Below are positions 1 through 13,283 of a DNA stretch of 63,054 nucleotides, piece after piece. Source of the stretch: Candidatus Pampinifervens sinense (lineage in GTDB: Bacteria; Aquificota; Aquificia; Aquificales; Aquificaceae); assembly GCA_037927135.1 (NCBI GenBank), contig JAXSPP010000003.1:104471-167524 (forward strand), read 5' to 3'. The notes beneath the pieces are model-generated. The model did not search any database. It had not been told where the DNA came from and saw nothing but the letters and a program-made list of their open reading frames with translations. Position numbers and translations under genes: made by a program. Every line of letters begins with the position of its first letter. Position 1 is the stretch's first letter.

Positions 1-1
1 G

Positions 2-1225
2 TTGGCCGTATGCAGGGCATGGCAAAGGCTTGGAAAGATACCGGAGGAGGCCCTAAGGGCCATAGAGGAGAGGGTGCATGTGGATGAGAAAGTTTTAAAA
101 AAGATAGAAGAGTATGAAAGAAGGTATAGGCATGATGTTTTGGCCTTTGTATCGGCCATAGGCGAGCAGATACCAGAATACTCCCACTACTTTCATATGG
201 GGCTTACCTCCTCCGATGTGGTGGATACGGCCTTAGCTTTGCAATTAAGAGAGGCCCTAAGGCTCATACTTGAGGACATAGACAAGGTAATGGAAAGGCT
301 AAAGGAGCTTGCCATAGAGCACAAAAGGACACTTATGATGGGGAGGACACACGGCGTCCATGCGGAGCCCATCACCCTTGGCCTGAAGTTCTTAAGCTGG
401 TATGAAGAGCTAAAAAGAAACAGGGAGAGGCTTTTGCAAGCCTTGGAAAACATATCCTATGGAAAGCTTTCCGGTGCCGTAGGCACCTATTCAAACCTTC
501 TGCCAGAGGTAGAAAAACTTGCCCTTGAGGAGCTTGGCCTAAAGGTGGAGCCAGTCTCTACCCAGATTGTGCCAAGGGACAGGCATGCCCAAGTTATGTA
601 TGCTTTAGCTTCTACGGCCTGCGCCCTTGAGAGGTTTGCCACCGAGATAAGACATCTTCAAAGGACGGAGGTACTTGAGCTTATGGAACCCTTTAAAGAG
701 GGCCAAAGGGGATCTTCGGCCATGCCCCACAAGAAAAACCCTATACATGCGGAGCGCCTCTGTGGTCTTGCAAGGATAATAAGGGCAAACCTTTTAGTAT
801 CCCTTGAAAACATACCACTGTGGCACGAAAGGGACATTTCCCACTCTTCGGCGGAAAGGATCATTTTGCCCGACTCCACCATAGCCCTTGACTACATGCT
901 AAACCTCTTCCTTGAAATGCTACAAGGCCTTGTGGTAAATAAGGAAAGGATGGTAAAAAACATGGAGCTTTCCCATGGCCTTTATGCCTCTTCCAAAATA
1001 TTGGTGTTGCTTATGGAGAAGGGTGTGGCAAGGGACAGGGCTTATGATATGGTCCAAAGGTGCGCCATGAGAAGCTGGGAGGAGGGCATAACCTTTGAAA
1101 GGTCTCTGATGGAAGACGGGGAAGTAAGCCAGTATTTGAGCCAAGAGGAGATAAGACAGGCCATAGATCCTTGGGCCTTCCTGAAGCACATAGACCACAT
1201 ATACGAGCGGTGCCTTCAAGGGTAG
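2..1225 (+). CDS. purB: Adenylosuccinate lyase (5'-truncated by window edge)
   Basis: Fumarase/ASL family signature GSSAMPHKKNPI, plus HMGLTSSD, GRTHG and WHERDISHSS motifs. Confidence 0.97.
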   Translation: MAVCRAWQRLGKIPEEALRAIEERVHVDEKVLKKIEEYERRYRHDVLAFVSAIGEQIPEYSHYFHMGLTSSDVVDTALALQLREALRLILEDIDKVMERLKELAIEHKRTLMMGRTHGVHAEPITLGLKFLSWYEELKRNRERLLQALENISYGKLSGAVGTYSNLLPEVEKLALEELGLKVEPVSTQIVPRDRHAQVMYALASTACALERFATEIRHLQRTEVLELMEPFKEGQRGSSAMPHKKNPIHAERLCGLARIIRANLLVSLENIPLWHERDISHSSAERIILPDSTIALDYMLNLFLEMLQGLVVNKERMVKNMELSHGLYASSKILVLLMEKGVARDRAYDMVQRCAMRSWEEGITFERSLMEDGEVSQYLSQEEIRQAIDPWAFLKHIDHIYERCLQG

Positions 1226-1245
1226 AAAGTTTATATTTAAAGATT

Positions 1246-1752
1246 ATGGAGCCAAGGACCATATCAAAGGAAGAGCTAAAGGAACTTTATGAAAAGGACT
1301 TCCCCCTTTGGGTGGAGATTAACTTAGAACTCCTCAGAGAAAGAGCTTATGACTTGGTAGATTGGGAGAACCTTCTGGAGGAAATAGAGGATATGGGGCT
1401 AAGGCATCTTGAAAGCTGTATAAGCCATCTTGCGGTGATTTTGGAACACCTCTATAAATGGGACCACTTTAGAGGTCTAACAAAAGCTGGAAAAGAAAAG
1501 GGAGGACTTAGCTGGATCATTACCATAGAGCTTGCAAGGAAAGAGATAGAATACCTTTTTGAAAAACATCCAAGCTTGCGAGTCAAACTACCCAAGGAAT
1601 TTAACTCCGCATGGAAAGAAGCCACGCTTAGACTAATGAAATGGCTTGCAAAGGTCGGAGAGGACCCGAAGGACCATCCAATTCCAAAAGAGTGTCCATA
1701 TACCTATGAAGAAGCCATGACAAGAGACTTGAGGAAGGAGATAAAGAGATGA
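1246..1752 (+). CDS. DUF29 family protein, copy 1
   Basis: LYEKDFxLW...[13 protein letters not shown]...HLYKW...CPYTYEE pattern typical of DUF29. Start moved to ATG 1246 because the longer ORF overlaps purB and the paralogs begin here. Confidence 0.85.
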   Translation: MEPRTISKEELKELYEKDFPLWVEINLELLRERAYDLVDWENLLEEIEDMGLRHLESCISHLAVILEHLYKWDHFRGLTKAGKEKGGLSWIITIELARKEIEYLFEKHPSLRVKLPKEFNSAWKEATLRLMKWLAKVGEDPKDHPIPKECPYTYEEAMTRDLRKEIKR

Positions 1753-2511
1753 GGACAATAAGCAAGGAAGAATTAAAAGAACTTTATGAAAAGGACTTTC
1801 CCCTTTGGGTGGAGAAAAACTTGGAACTCCTCAGAGAAAAGGCCTATGACTTGGTAGACTGGGAGAATCTCTTGGAGGAAATAGAGGATATGGCAAGGTC
1901 TGATCTGAAGGCTTGTATTAGCTATTTGGCGGTAGTTTTGGAACATCTATACAAGTGGGACCACTTTAGAGAACTTACCAAAGCTGGAGAAGAAAAGGGA
2001 GGATTGAGCTGGATAAAAAGTGTAGAGCTTAGCAGGGAAGAACTAAAATACCTTCTTGAAGAGTATCCAAGCCTAAAAAACAAACTACCACAAGAACTCA
2101 ACTCTGCATGGAAAAGGGCAATAACTAACCTAAGAAAGTGGCTCATAGAAATCGGAGAAGACCCAGATCAATATACCATTCCAAAGGAGTGTCCATATAC
2201 TTATGAAGAAGCCATGACAAGAGACCTAAGAAAGGAGATAAAAAGATGAGGACAATAAGCAAGGAAGAGCTAAAAGAGCTCTATAGCAAGGACTTTCCTC
2301 TTTGGGTAGAGATTAACTTAGAACTCCTCAGAGAAAAGGCTTATGACTTGGTAGACTGGGAGAACCTTCTGGAGGAAATAGAGGATATGGGGCTAAGGCA
2401 TCTTGAAAGCTGTATAAGCCATCTTGCGGTGATTTTGGAACACCTCTATAAATGGGACCACTTTAGAGGTCTAACAAAAGCTGGAAAAGAAAAGGGAGGA
2501 CTTAGCTGGAT
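1363..2511 (+). repeat. 155-bp identical direct repeat (1363-1517 and 2357-2511) shared by DUF29 copies 1 and 3
   Basis: Base-by-base reading from tgggagaaccttctg to ggacttagctggat is identical in both copies; copy 2 differs at many positions in this block. Confidence 0.9.
1749..2249 (+). CDS. DUF29 family protein, copy 2
   Basis: Same motifs as copy 1; ATGA overlap with the preceding gene. Confidence 0.87.
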   Translation: MRTISKEELKELYEKDFPLWVEKNLELLREKAYDLVDWENLLEEIEDMARSDLKACISYLAVVLEHLYKWDHFRELTKAGEEKGGLSWIKSVELSREELKYLLEEYPSLKNKLPQELNSAWKRAITNLRKWLIEIGEDPDQYTIPKECPYTYEEAMTRDLRKEIKR

Positions 2512-2749
2512 AAAGAGTGTGGAGAATGCAAGGGATAGGATAGTGGTCCTCTTTAGGAGATACCCAAGCCTCAAGGCTAAACTACCGATGGAGCTTCAGT
2601 CTGCCTGGATTGAGGCAGTAAGTAATTTAAGAATATGGCTTAGAGAATTGGGAGAAGACCCAGACCAATATCATATCCCAGAGGAATGTCCATACACCTA
2701 TGAGGAGGCTATGACAAGGGACCTAAGAAAGGAGGCAAAAGATGAATAA
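2246..2749 (+). CDS. DUF29 family protein, copy 3
   Basis: Same motifs; ATGA overlap; its 3' end overlaps the trpB start. Confidence 0.87.
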   Translation: MRTISKEELKELYSKDFPLWVEINLELLREKAYDLVDWENLLEEIEDMGLRHLESCISHLAVILEHLYKWDHFRGLTKAGKEKGGLSWIKSVENARDRIVVLFRRYPSLKAKLPMELQSAWIEAVSNLRIWLRELGEDPDQYHIPEECPYTYEEAMTRDLRKEAKDE

Positions 2750-3944
2750 GGCCTATACCTATCCCGATGAAAGGGGCTATTTTGGAGAGTTTGGCGGAAA
2801 GTTTGTTCCAGAAACTCTGATGTATGCCCTTGAGGAACTGGAAGAGGCTTACAAAGAGGCAAAAGAAGACCCCTCTTTTTGGGAGGAGTTCAACTACTAC
2901 CTCAAAAGCTTTGCAGGAAGGCCCACGCCACTGTATTTTGCAAAGAACTTAACCCAGTATGCTGGTGGAGCAAAGATATACATAAAGAGGGAGGACCTTC
3001 TGCATACAGGAGCCCACAAGATAAACAACACCTTGGGACAGGCCCTCCTTGCCAAGAGGATGGGAAAGAGGAGGATAATAGCGGAAACGGGTGCTGGTCA
3101 GCATGGTGTGGCAACGGCTACAGCTTGTGCCCTTTTGGGGCTTGAATGTGTCATATACATGGGAGAGGAGGATGCAGAGCGCCAAAAGCTAAACGTTTTT
3201 AGGATGAAGCTCCTGGGTGCGGAGGTAAGGGTGGTAAAAAGCGGGTCAAGGACGCTCAAAGATGCCATAAATGAGGCCTTGAGGGACTGGGTGACCAATG
3301 TGGAAAACACTCATTACATAATAGGCTCTGTGGTGGGACCACATCCATTCCCTATGATAGTCAGGGATTTTCAAAAGGTTATAGGTGAGGAGACAAAGGC
3401 CCAGCTTATGGATCTGGAGGGAAGGCTTCCCGATGCAGTGGTTGCCTGCGTAGGAGGAGGATCAAACGCCATGGGCATATTCTATCCCTTTATAGAACAT
3501 CCAGAAGTTAGGCTCATAGGCGTGGAGGCTGGAGGCCTTGGCCTTGAGACTGGCAAGCATGCAAGCTCCATAAACGGTGGCTCTCCAGGTGTGCTTCACG
3601 GCATGAAGTCCTACTTTTTACAAGACGAAGAGGGACAGATCCTTACAACCCATTCCATTTCCGCAGGGCTTGACTACCCTGGGGTGGGCCCAGAGCATGC
3701 CTACCTTTTCAAAAGCAAAAGGGCAGAGTATACCTTTGCCACAGACCAAGAGGCCCTTGAGGGCTTTAAACTCCTTTCAAGGCTTGAGGGCATAATACCA
3801 GCCCTTGAGCCAGCCCACGCGGTCTTAAAAGTTGTAGAACTGGCAAAGGAGATAGGGAAGGGTGGTATTGTGGTCTTTAACCTTTCTGGAAGGGGTGATA
3901 AAGACATGATCCATGCTATGAAATACCTAGATAATATGCTATAA
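2742..3944 (+). CDS. trpB: Tryptophan synthase beta subunit
   Basis: [15 protein letters not shown] (PLP lysine), [27 protein letters not shown]. Confidence 0.98.
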   Translation: MNKAYTYPDERGYFGEFGGKFVPETLMYALEELEEAYKEAKEDPSFWEEFNYYLKSFAGRPTPLYFAKNLTQYAGGAKIYIKREDLLHTGAHKINNTLGQALLAKRMGKRRIIAETGAGQHGVATATACALLGLECVIYMGEEDAERQKLNVFRMKLLGAEVRVVKSGSRTLKDAINEALRDWVTNVENTHYIIGSVVGPHPFPMIVRDFQKVIGEETKAQLMDLEGRLPDAVVACVGGGSNAMGIFYPFIEHPEVRLIGVEAGGLGLETGKHASSINGGSPGVLHGMKSYFLQDEEGQILTTHSISAGLDYPGVGPEHAYLFKSKRAEYTFATDQEALEGFKLLSRLEGIIPALEPAHAVLKVVELAKEIGKGGIVVFNLSGRGDKDMIHAMKYLDNML

Positions 3945-3952
3945 TATTCCTC

Positions 3953-7013
<3,061 letters not shown>

Positions 7014-7178
7014 CACTTTTATCAAAAAAGTTCACCTTTTTTTTATTTTTTGCAAAACAATATGACTTTAGTTATATTTTTTAGCTTCTTGCCAAAAATA
7101 TAGGATTTTTATCATACGATTTTGAACTGCAATTGGCCATTTACAACAGGATAAACATATTTTTAAAAGGTTATTTGA

Positions 7179-7207
7179 TTGACTTTAAAACAGAATGACT
7201 ATAAAAT
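7179..7207 (+). promoter_or_regulatory. Sigma-70-type promoter of the symporter operon
   Basis: TTGACT (7179-7184), 17-nt spacer, TAAAAT (7202-7207); AAGGAGGT SD before ATG 7238. Confidence 0.7.
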
Positions 7208-7237
7208 GAATCATAAACTTTTAAAAGGAGGTAAGGC

Positions 7238-7495
7238 ATGCTAACAAAAGAGCAGTTGGAAAATTATTGGCGGGAAAACCGCAACCTTATGTTCATTATC
7301 CTTCTTATCTGGGCTTTAGTTTCTTATGGTGCTGCCCTTATAGCAGGCTGGCTCAATAAAATAGTAATCTTTGGCTTTCCATTGGGGTATTACATGGGCG
7401 CCCAAGGTTCCCTTATTGTATTTCTTCTTCTCATAATCTTTTATGCCAAAAAGATGGATCAACTTGACAAAAAATACGGAGTAGAGGAGGAGTAA
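7238..7495 (+). CDS. Small membrane partner of solute:sodium symporter (DUF4212-like)
   Basis: YWRENRNL start, two hydrophobic helices, GFPLGYYMGAQGS; directly upstream of the SSS transporter. Confidence 0.85.
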   Translation: MLTKEQLENYWRENRNLMFIILLIWALVSYGAALIAGWLNKIVIFGFPLGYYMGAQGSLIVFLLLIIFYAKKMDQLDKKYGVEEE

Positions 7496-7496
7496 T

Positions 7497-9497
7497 ATGG
7501 TGGATAGAGAGTTCGTAGAAAGGTTGAGAAAGGTTTATGCTATCTATACTGGTGGTCTACTTCTCTTCCTTATACTTCTCTATATAGGTGAAAAGTTCTT
7601 CAATCTCTCTCCTACCTTCATAGGCTATGTATTCCTCTTTGGAACCATAGCCGTTTATGCTGCCATAGGAATAATCTCAAGGACTGGAAAGGTAGCAGAG
7701 TATTATGTGGCAGGAAGAAGGGTTCCTGCCGTTTTCAACGGTATGGCCACAGCCGCCGATTGGATGTCTGCAGCATCCTTTATTGGTATGGCTGGTACCC
7801 TTGCCCTTCAGGGCTATAACGGCCTTGCCTTCATTATGGGATGGACCGGTGGTTATGTGCTTTTAGGTGTTTTAATAGCTCCTTACCTTAGAAAGTTTGG
7901 TGCTTATACCATTCCAGACTTCCTTGATGCCAGATACGGGGGAAAGATACCAAGGCTTGTGGGAATAATAGCTACGCTCATAGTTTCCTTTACATACCTT
8001 GTAGCTCAGATAACTGGTGTAGGTATAATAGTCAGCAGGCTCTTAGGTCTTCCTTTTGAAGTAGGAGTCTTTTTAGGCCTTGCTGGCATTTTGGTCTGTT
8101 CCTTCCTGGGCGGTATGAAGGCAGTCACATGGACACAAGTAGCCCAGTATATAGTGCTCATAATAGCCTACCTTATACCAGTGACTGCCCTCTCTTACAA
8201 ATACACAGGAAATCCCATATCCCAAATCTCCTACGGCTTTGCCCTCCAAGGCATAGAACAAAAGTTTGCCCAGCTAAAGGATGACCCAAAGGAGATAGAG
8301 GTAAGGGAGATACACAAAAAGAAGGCGGAAGAGCTAAAGGCTAAGATAGAAGCCCTTCCAGCAAGCTGGGAGCAAGGAAAGAAGGAGCTTGAAGAGAAGC
8401 TAAAGGCTATACCTGCCGATGATCCCAAGAGGGCAGAGATAGAAAAACAGCTCAAGGAATATCCCAAGTCTCCACAGGAGGCAAAGGAAAAGTGGACAGA
8501 GGCTATGAAGAAAGAGCTAGAGGCCTCCAAACCTCCCAAGTCCTATGTGGCACCACCTTCCGATGCCAAAGGTATGGCCAACTTCCTTGCTCTAACCCTT
8601 ATGCTAATGCTTGGCACCGCAGGACTACCCCACGTTATAATGAGGTTTTACACCACACCCACCGTTAGAGAGGCGAGGACCTCCGCAGGTTGGGCTCTTT
8701 TCTTCATATTGCTCCTTTACATAACAGCTCCTGCCTACGCAGCCTTTGGTAGGTATGAGATGCTAAACCTTGTGGGCAAAGCCTTCAGCGAATTGCCAGA
8801 CTGGGTCCAAAAGTGGGCAAAGGTAAACCTCATAAGCATAAAGGACCTAAACGGCGATGGCATTGTGCAGTTTGCGGAGATCTCCATACACCCCGATATG
8901 ATAGTGCTTGCAACGCCAGAGATAGCTGGGCTTCCTTATGTGATAGCGGGCTTTGTGGCAGCTGGTGGTTTGGCTGCATCCCTATCTACAGCGGACGGTC
9001 TTCTCATAACCATCTCCAACGCCATCTCCCACGACCTATACTACAAGATCATCAACCCCAACCTTTCTCCTTCCACAAGGGTAAAAATTGGAAAGGCTCT
9101 GCTTCTTGTGGTGGCTTTGATAGGTGCTTATGTGGCAAGCTTTAGGCTTGCCATAATAGTGGAGCTTGTGGCTTGGGCCTTCTCCTTGGCTGCCGCTTCC
9201 TTGTTCCCTGCCTTGGTGCTTGGCATATGGGACAAGAGGATGAACAAACAAGGAGCTGTAGCAGGCATAATAGTAGGACTTGGTGTAACCATGGTTTACC
9301 TCTATCTTAGCCGTTTCCAAGGTGTGGAGATCTTTGGCATAAAGCCCATAGCCGCGGGCATATTTGGCATGCCCCTCAACTTCATAGTGGCCCTTATAGT
9401 CTCAAGGCTAACACCCCCACCACCTCAGCAAGTTCAGGAGTTTGTGGACCACATACGTTATCCAAAGGGTGCAGTAAAGGCTGGAGCCGAAGAATGA
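7497..9497 (+). CDS. actP: Sodium/solute symporter, ActP-like (VC_2705-type with long soluble insert)
   Basis: YYVAGR, NGMATAADWMSAASF, GTAGLPHVIMRFYT, many TM helices, and a charged insert of roughly 100 aa. Substrate inferred only. Confidence 0.8.
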   Translation: MVDREFVERLRKVYAIYTGGLLLFLILLYIGEKFFNLSPTFIGYVFLFGTIAVYAAIGIISRTGKVAEYYVAGRRVPAVFNGMATAADWMSAASFIGMAGTLALQGYNGLAFIMGWTGGYVLLGVLIAPYLRKFGAYTIPDFLDARYGGKIPRLVGIIATLIVSFTYLVAQITGVGIIVSRLLGLPFEVGVFLGLAGILVCSFLGGMKAVTWTQVAQYIVLIIAYLIPVTALSYKYTGNPISQISYGFALQGIEQKFAQLKDDPKEIEVREIHKKKAEELKAKIEALPASWEQGKKELEEKLKAIPADDPKRAEIEKQLKEYPKSPQEAKEKWTEAMKKELEASKPPKSYVAPPSDAKGMANFLALTLMLMLGTAGLPHVIMRFYTTPTVREARTSAGWALFFILLLYITAPAYAAFGRYEMLNLVGKAFSELPDWVQKWAKVNLISIKDLNGDGIVQFAEISIHPDMIVLATPEIAGLPYVIAGFVAAGGLAASLSTADGLLITISNAISHDLYYKIINPNLSPSTRVKIGKALLLVVALIGAYVASFRLAIIVELVAWAFSLAAASLFPALVLGIWDKRMNKQGAVAGIIVGLGVTMVYLYLSRFQGVEIFGIKPIAAGIFGMPLNFIVALIVSRLTPPPPQQVQEFVDHIRYPKGAVKAGAEE

Positions 9498-9721
9498 TAG
9501 AACAGGTGTTAAACTACAGCCTTGCCTTTTATATGTGGCTCGTCCTTGGGCGGGCCGCCCTTTCCTTTTTTACCACAGACAGAAAAAACTTCTTCTATAA
9601 CATGCTCTATGTGCCAACAGAGCCAGCCTACAGGCTATTTTCCTTTTTGCCTTGCTGTCATACCTTGGCCATAGTGCTAAGCCTTTTGATCCTAAGATAC
9701 ATAGTCATAAAATTACTGTGA
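9494..9721 (+). CDS. Small hydrophobic membrane protein (YggT-like features)
   Basis: 75 aa, two hydrophobic stretches, NFFY...TEP motif; overlaps its neighbours within the operon. Confidence 0.6.
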   Translation: MIEQVLNYSLAFYMWLVLGRAALSFFTTDRKNFFYNMLYVPTEPAYRLFSFLPCCHTLAIVLSLLILRYIVIKLL

Positions 9722-11574
9722 TGCTTGACGCAGAAAGGTTTTTGTTGGAGATAGAACCCTTTAACTACCTTGACAAAAAAGAGGTTCAAAGTATAGCCCA
9801 CAACCTTCTGGTGGAGTATTACAAAAAGGGAGATGTGATATTCAAAGAAGGTTCTTCACCCTTAGACTTTCTTTACATTTTAAGAAGCGGTAGCCTTGTG
9901 CTTGAAAGGGAGGGAGAGATAATTGAATACATCCACGAAGGAGAGTGCTTTGGATACATATCCCTTATGACCTCAAGCCCACCAAGCTCCACAGCCAAAG
10001 CCATAGAGGACAGCGTGGTATTTCTTTTAAACAAAAAAATATTTAATAAGCTAATAAGCACCAACGAAAACTTCAGAGAGTATTTTGCCAGAAAGCTGGC
10101 CAAGAGGATGCAAAATGTGGCAAGAAAAGGCTTTTCCTCTGTAGAAAGGCATATGGAGGTTTCCCTTGAGGATATAAACCTCAGGCCTCTTCTGGTAATG
10201 GAAGGAAATCAAACGGTAGAAGAGGCCATAAAAGAGATGGTATCAAAGGACAGCACCTATGTGCTAATTAAACTTCCAGAAGGCATGGGCATAATTACAG
10301 AGAGGGATGTGCTTAAAAAGGTGCTTGCCAAAGGCCTAAGGCCAGAGGAAGTAAAGCTTAAAGATGTGGCAACCTTTCCGGTGGTGTGGATAGAGAGTAA
10401 AAGCACCCTTTACGATGCCATGGTCTTGATGGCAAGGCATGGAATAAGAAAGCTATTGGTTAAGAAAAATGGTGAGCCTGTGGGAGTTTTGGAAGATAGG
10501 GACCTTATAGCCCATGAGAGCAAAAACGCAGTCTTGCTTATAAAGGAGATAGACAAGGCAAAGACGGTAGAAGACCTAAGGTATCTCTATAACCTTGTCA
10601 AGGAACAAACATTGGACCTTGTCTTTCAAGGCACAGACCCAGAGAGGCTTGGAGAGTACATCTCGGAGATAAACGACCGGTTTATGAAGAGGGCAGTTTA
10701 TGTTGCCATGAACAGATTGGGAGAGGAGCCCTTGGTGCCATTTAGCATTATGGTGCTTGGAAGCGAAGGAAGAAAGGAACAAAGCCTACGGACAGACCAA
10801 GACAATGCCTTAATCTACCAAGACTATCCCCTTTTGGACTTTGACCCCAAAAATTACTTTGAAAGATTTTCAAAGGTCTATATAGATACACTGCTTGAGA
10901 TAGGCTTTCCACCATGTCCCGGCAATGTGATGATTTCAAACCCCTTCTGGAGAAGGTCTGCAAAGGAATGGCGGTCTGCTGTAAAGGATTGGATTGAGAA
11001 GCCAAAGGAAGAGAACATATTAAACGTGGCCATCTTCTTTGACTTTAGAAACGTGTTTGGGGACCAAAGTCTTACAGAGGACCTTTGGAGCTTTATACTT
11101 CAAACGCTAAGAGAAAATCCTGGCTTTTTGCCTTTCCTTGCAGTGGATGCGGTGCGCTTCAAGCCCCCCATAGGCTTTTTTGGAGACTTTGTGGTAGAAA
11201 AGACGGGAGAACACAAGGGAGAGATAGAGATAAAGAAAGGTGGAATATTTCCCATAACGCAAGGCATAAGGGCCCTTGCCCTTGAGATGGGTATAGAGAA
11301 GAGAAATACTTTTGAAAGGATAGAGGAGCTAAAAAGGCTTGGTGTGTTTTCTGAAGAGTATGCAAAGGACCTAAAAGAGGCCTACAGATTCCTTTTGAGC
11401 CTAAGGTTTAAATTCCAAGCACAGAAGATAAAGGAAGGGAAGGAGCCAGACAACTACATAAACCCTAACAGGCTATCCAGGGCTGAGAAGAACACCCTAA
11501 AGGATGTGTTCAAAATCATAAAAGAGTTTCAAGAGTTTTTGTATGAGAGGTATAACTTGAGGTTCTTTGAATGA
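9721..11574 (+). CDS. cNMP-binding/CBS/DUF294 putative nucleotidyltransferase
   Basis: N-terminal cNMP fold (GECFG), CBS pair (GIITERD), NTase motif LGSEGRKEQSLRTDQDN, PPCPGNVM, IKKGGIFPI. Start placed at ATG 9721. Confidence 0.9.
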   Translation: MLDAERFLLEIEPFNYLDKKEVQSIAHNLLVEYYKKGDVIFKEGSSPLDFLYILRSGSLVLEREGEIIEYIHEGECFGYISLMTSSPPSSTAKAIEDSVVFLLNKKIFNKLISTNENFREYFARKLAKRMQNVARKGFSSVERHMEVSLEDINLRPLLVMEGNQTVEEAIKEMVSKDSTYVLIKLPEGMGIITERDVLKKVLAKGLRPEEVKLKDVATFPVVWIESKSTLYDAMVLMARHGIRKLLVKKNGEPVGVLEDRDLIAHESKNAVLLIKEIDKAKTVEDLRYLYNLVKEQTLDLVFQGTDPERLGEYISEINDRFMKRAVYVAMNRLGEEPLVPFSIMVLGSEGRKEQSLRTDQDNALIYQDYPLLDFDPKNYFERFSKVYIDTLLEIGFPPCPGNVMISNPFWRRSAKEWRSAVKDWIEKPKEENILNVAIFFDFRNVFGDQSLTEDLWSFILQTLRENPGFLPFLAVDAVRFKPPIGFFGDFVVEKTGEHKGEIEIKKGGIFPITQGIRALALEMGIEKRNTFERIEELKRLGVFSEEYAKDLKEAYRFLLSLRFKFQAQKIKEGKEPDNYINPNRLSRAEKNTLKDVFKIIKEFQEFLYERYNLRFFE

Positions 11575-12197
11575 AGGCCTTAAAAAGGTGGCTATACAAA
11601 AGGTTAAAGCCAGAAGTTTGGCATAAGTTTCATTGGGAGATAGACAGAGAAAAGCCCATTGAAGAGACATGCTTTGTGGTCTTTGACACAGAAACCACAG
11701 GCCTTGACCTAAAGAGGGATGAGGCCATAAGCATAGGAGCGGTGAAAATAGAAGGTTTAAAAATAGACCTTTCAAAAAGCTTCTACAGGCTTTTAAAGCC
11801 CTCAAGGGCCTTTGCAGACTCCATAAAGGTGCATGGCATAACACCCCAAGATTTAAAAGAAGCAAAAGAAAGAAGGGAAGTGTGCCAAGAGTTTATAGAA
11901 TACGCAAAAGGTTGCCTTTTGGCGGGCTACTTTGTGCATATAGACATAGCCATGATAAGAAGGCTGGCAGAAGAAGAATGCGATGGCTTTTTTTATCCTT
12001 ATGCCCTTGACCTTTTGGATATGATAGGTGAAGAAAGGGCTTCTTCTTTGGAAGATCTTGCAAAGAAGTTTAAAATTCCTATTTCTACCTTTCATAATTC
12101 CTTGGAAGATGCTTACACAACGGCACTTATTCTACTTAGAGTTTTAAGGTATGAAAACTACAGAAAGGTAAGGGATTTGCCTTTAAAGGTAGTTTGA
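11571..12197 (+). CDS. DEDDh 3'-5' exonuclease (DnaQ/PolC-like)
   Basis: VFDTETTGL (ExoI), HGIT, HNSLEDA (ExoIII). Confidence 0.92.
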   Translation: MKALKRWLYKRLKPEVWHKFHWEIDREKPIEETCFVVFDTETTGLDLKRDEAISIGAVKIEGLKIDLSKSFYRLLKPSRAFADSIKVHGITPQDLKEAKERREVCQEFIEYAKGCLLAGYFVHIDIAMIRRLAEEECDGFFYPYALDLLDMIGEERASSLEDLAKKFKIPISTFHNSLEDAYTTALILLRVLRYENYRKVRDLPLKVV

Positions 12198-12212
12198 GTG
12201 TATATTAAAAAT

Positions 12213-12880
12213 ATGGTATACAAAAACCCGCCCCTTGTGGAGGCTTTGTGCGTAATCCATTTTACAGAACCCTACCCATGGGACCTAACACTCTTTGGCC
12301 TATTTCATGAAAGGTTAAAAAAGGACTTTCCATATAAAGAAAGCTATGCTTTGATGGGAGTTGAACAAAAGCCTACGGATAAAGGCTTGGAGCAGTTGCC
12401 CCACGCACCTTAGCGATAAGCAGGCTTTCTAATTACTCATGGGAGGATTTTAAGAAGGACATCTTGGAAATTTCTAAAATATACACAGAATTGACTAATT
12501 ACACCAATATTAAAGCATTGAACTTGGCTTACATAAATCTTATAAAATTTGACAGTGCTAAAACACATCCTTCTAAGTATATTAAACTATACCCGTCCCA
12601 TATAACCGGAAGGGAGGATTTCTCCTTACTTTTGAGGGCAGAAATTCCTTATGATAAAGGCGGGAAGCTTATATTAACATTAAACAGGCCAATGGAAATG
12701 GATAAAAATTTACTTGTTTTTGAATTGGCGTACTCCATGGAACTCCCAGAAGGTATGTCCTTTGAAGATATGGAAGGTATGCTTGACGCCTTTCATTATG
12801 AAATAAAAAGGGCCTTTGAGGAAAGCATTACGGATGATGCCCGTGCAGTCTTTGGAGGAGTGGAACATGATAGGTTATGA
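12213..12880 (+). pseudogene. Frameshifted TIGR04255-like gene
   Basis: N-terminal YKNPPLVEALCVIHF is typical of the family; the frame stops at 12413. A second frame carries VAPRTLAISRLSNYSWEDFKKDI... LAYINLI... FEESITD to 12880. The shift is near 12390. Confidence 0.7.
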
Positions 12881-13283
12881 CCAATATACAACCTTAGCAT
12901 ACCCTTATAAATATCCAATTGGGAGCATAACCTTTGCAACAACAGAATACATTATGAGAAAACTTGAACAATTTGAGGAGGAAGGCTTATACACATTTGA
13001 GGATAAGGAAGAAATAATAAGGTTTTTAATAAAAAATCCAGATTTAATCCAAGAGTTATACTCTGCACATCAGCATATTTGTAAAGTTTTTGGCGAGTGT
13101 AATATACATGTAAAGCTATATAAAGACCCAGAAGAAAACACGGAGGAGATTTTAATAGTCATAAAAAGTAAAAATCCACCAGAAAAGATTCTGGAACTAT
13201 ATGAAAGATTATTTGAAGATTGGTATATAAAGATTATGGACAAGGTATTTCCAAGGCTTGATTACACAGTAGAAACCACATGA
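12867..13283 (+). CDS. Hypothetical acidic protein, possible partner/antitoxin of the downstream HEPN protein
   Basis: ATG 12867 with GGAGGAG SD; ATGA overlap with the HEPN gene; no clear MNT motif. Confidence 0.6.
   Translation: MIGYDQYTTLAYPYKYPIGSITFATTEYIMRKLEQFEEEGLYTFEDKEEIIRFLIKNPDLIQELYSAHQHICKVFGECNIHVKLYKDPEENTEEILIVIKSKNPPEKILELYERLFEDWYIKIMDKVFPRLDYTVETT

Noticed and set aside
1171-1245. Upstream start extensions in the ORF track (1171, 9652, 12198, 12816, 44718, 48705, 60369)
   Set aside because: They overlap upstream genes or lack initiation signals; downstream ATGs fit SD or -10 positions and family N-termini better.
1246-2749. Repeats as a CRISPR array or mobile element
   Set aside because: They are ~500-bp paralogous coding sequences with no short repeat-spacer periodicity. 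No cas genes or CRISPR array were seen anywhere in the window.
12100-12260. attL direct repeat of the tRNA-fMet 3' end at the island's left border
   Set aside because: No copy of the tRNA 3' sequence was found by eye and no integrase is present.
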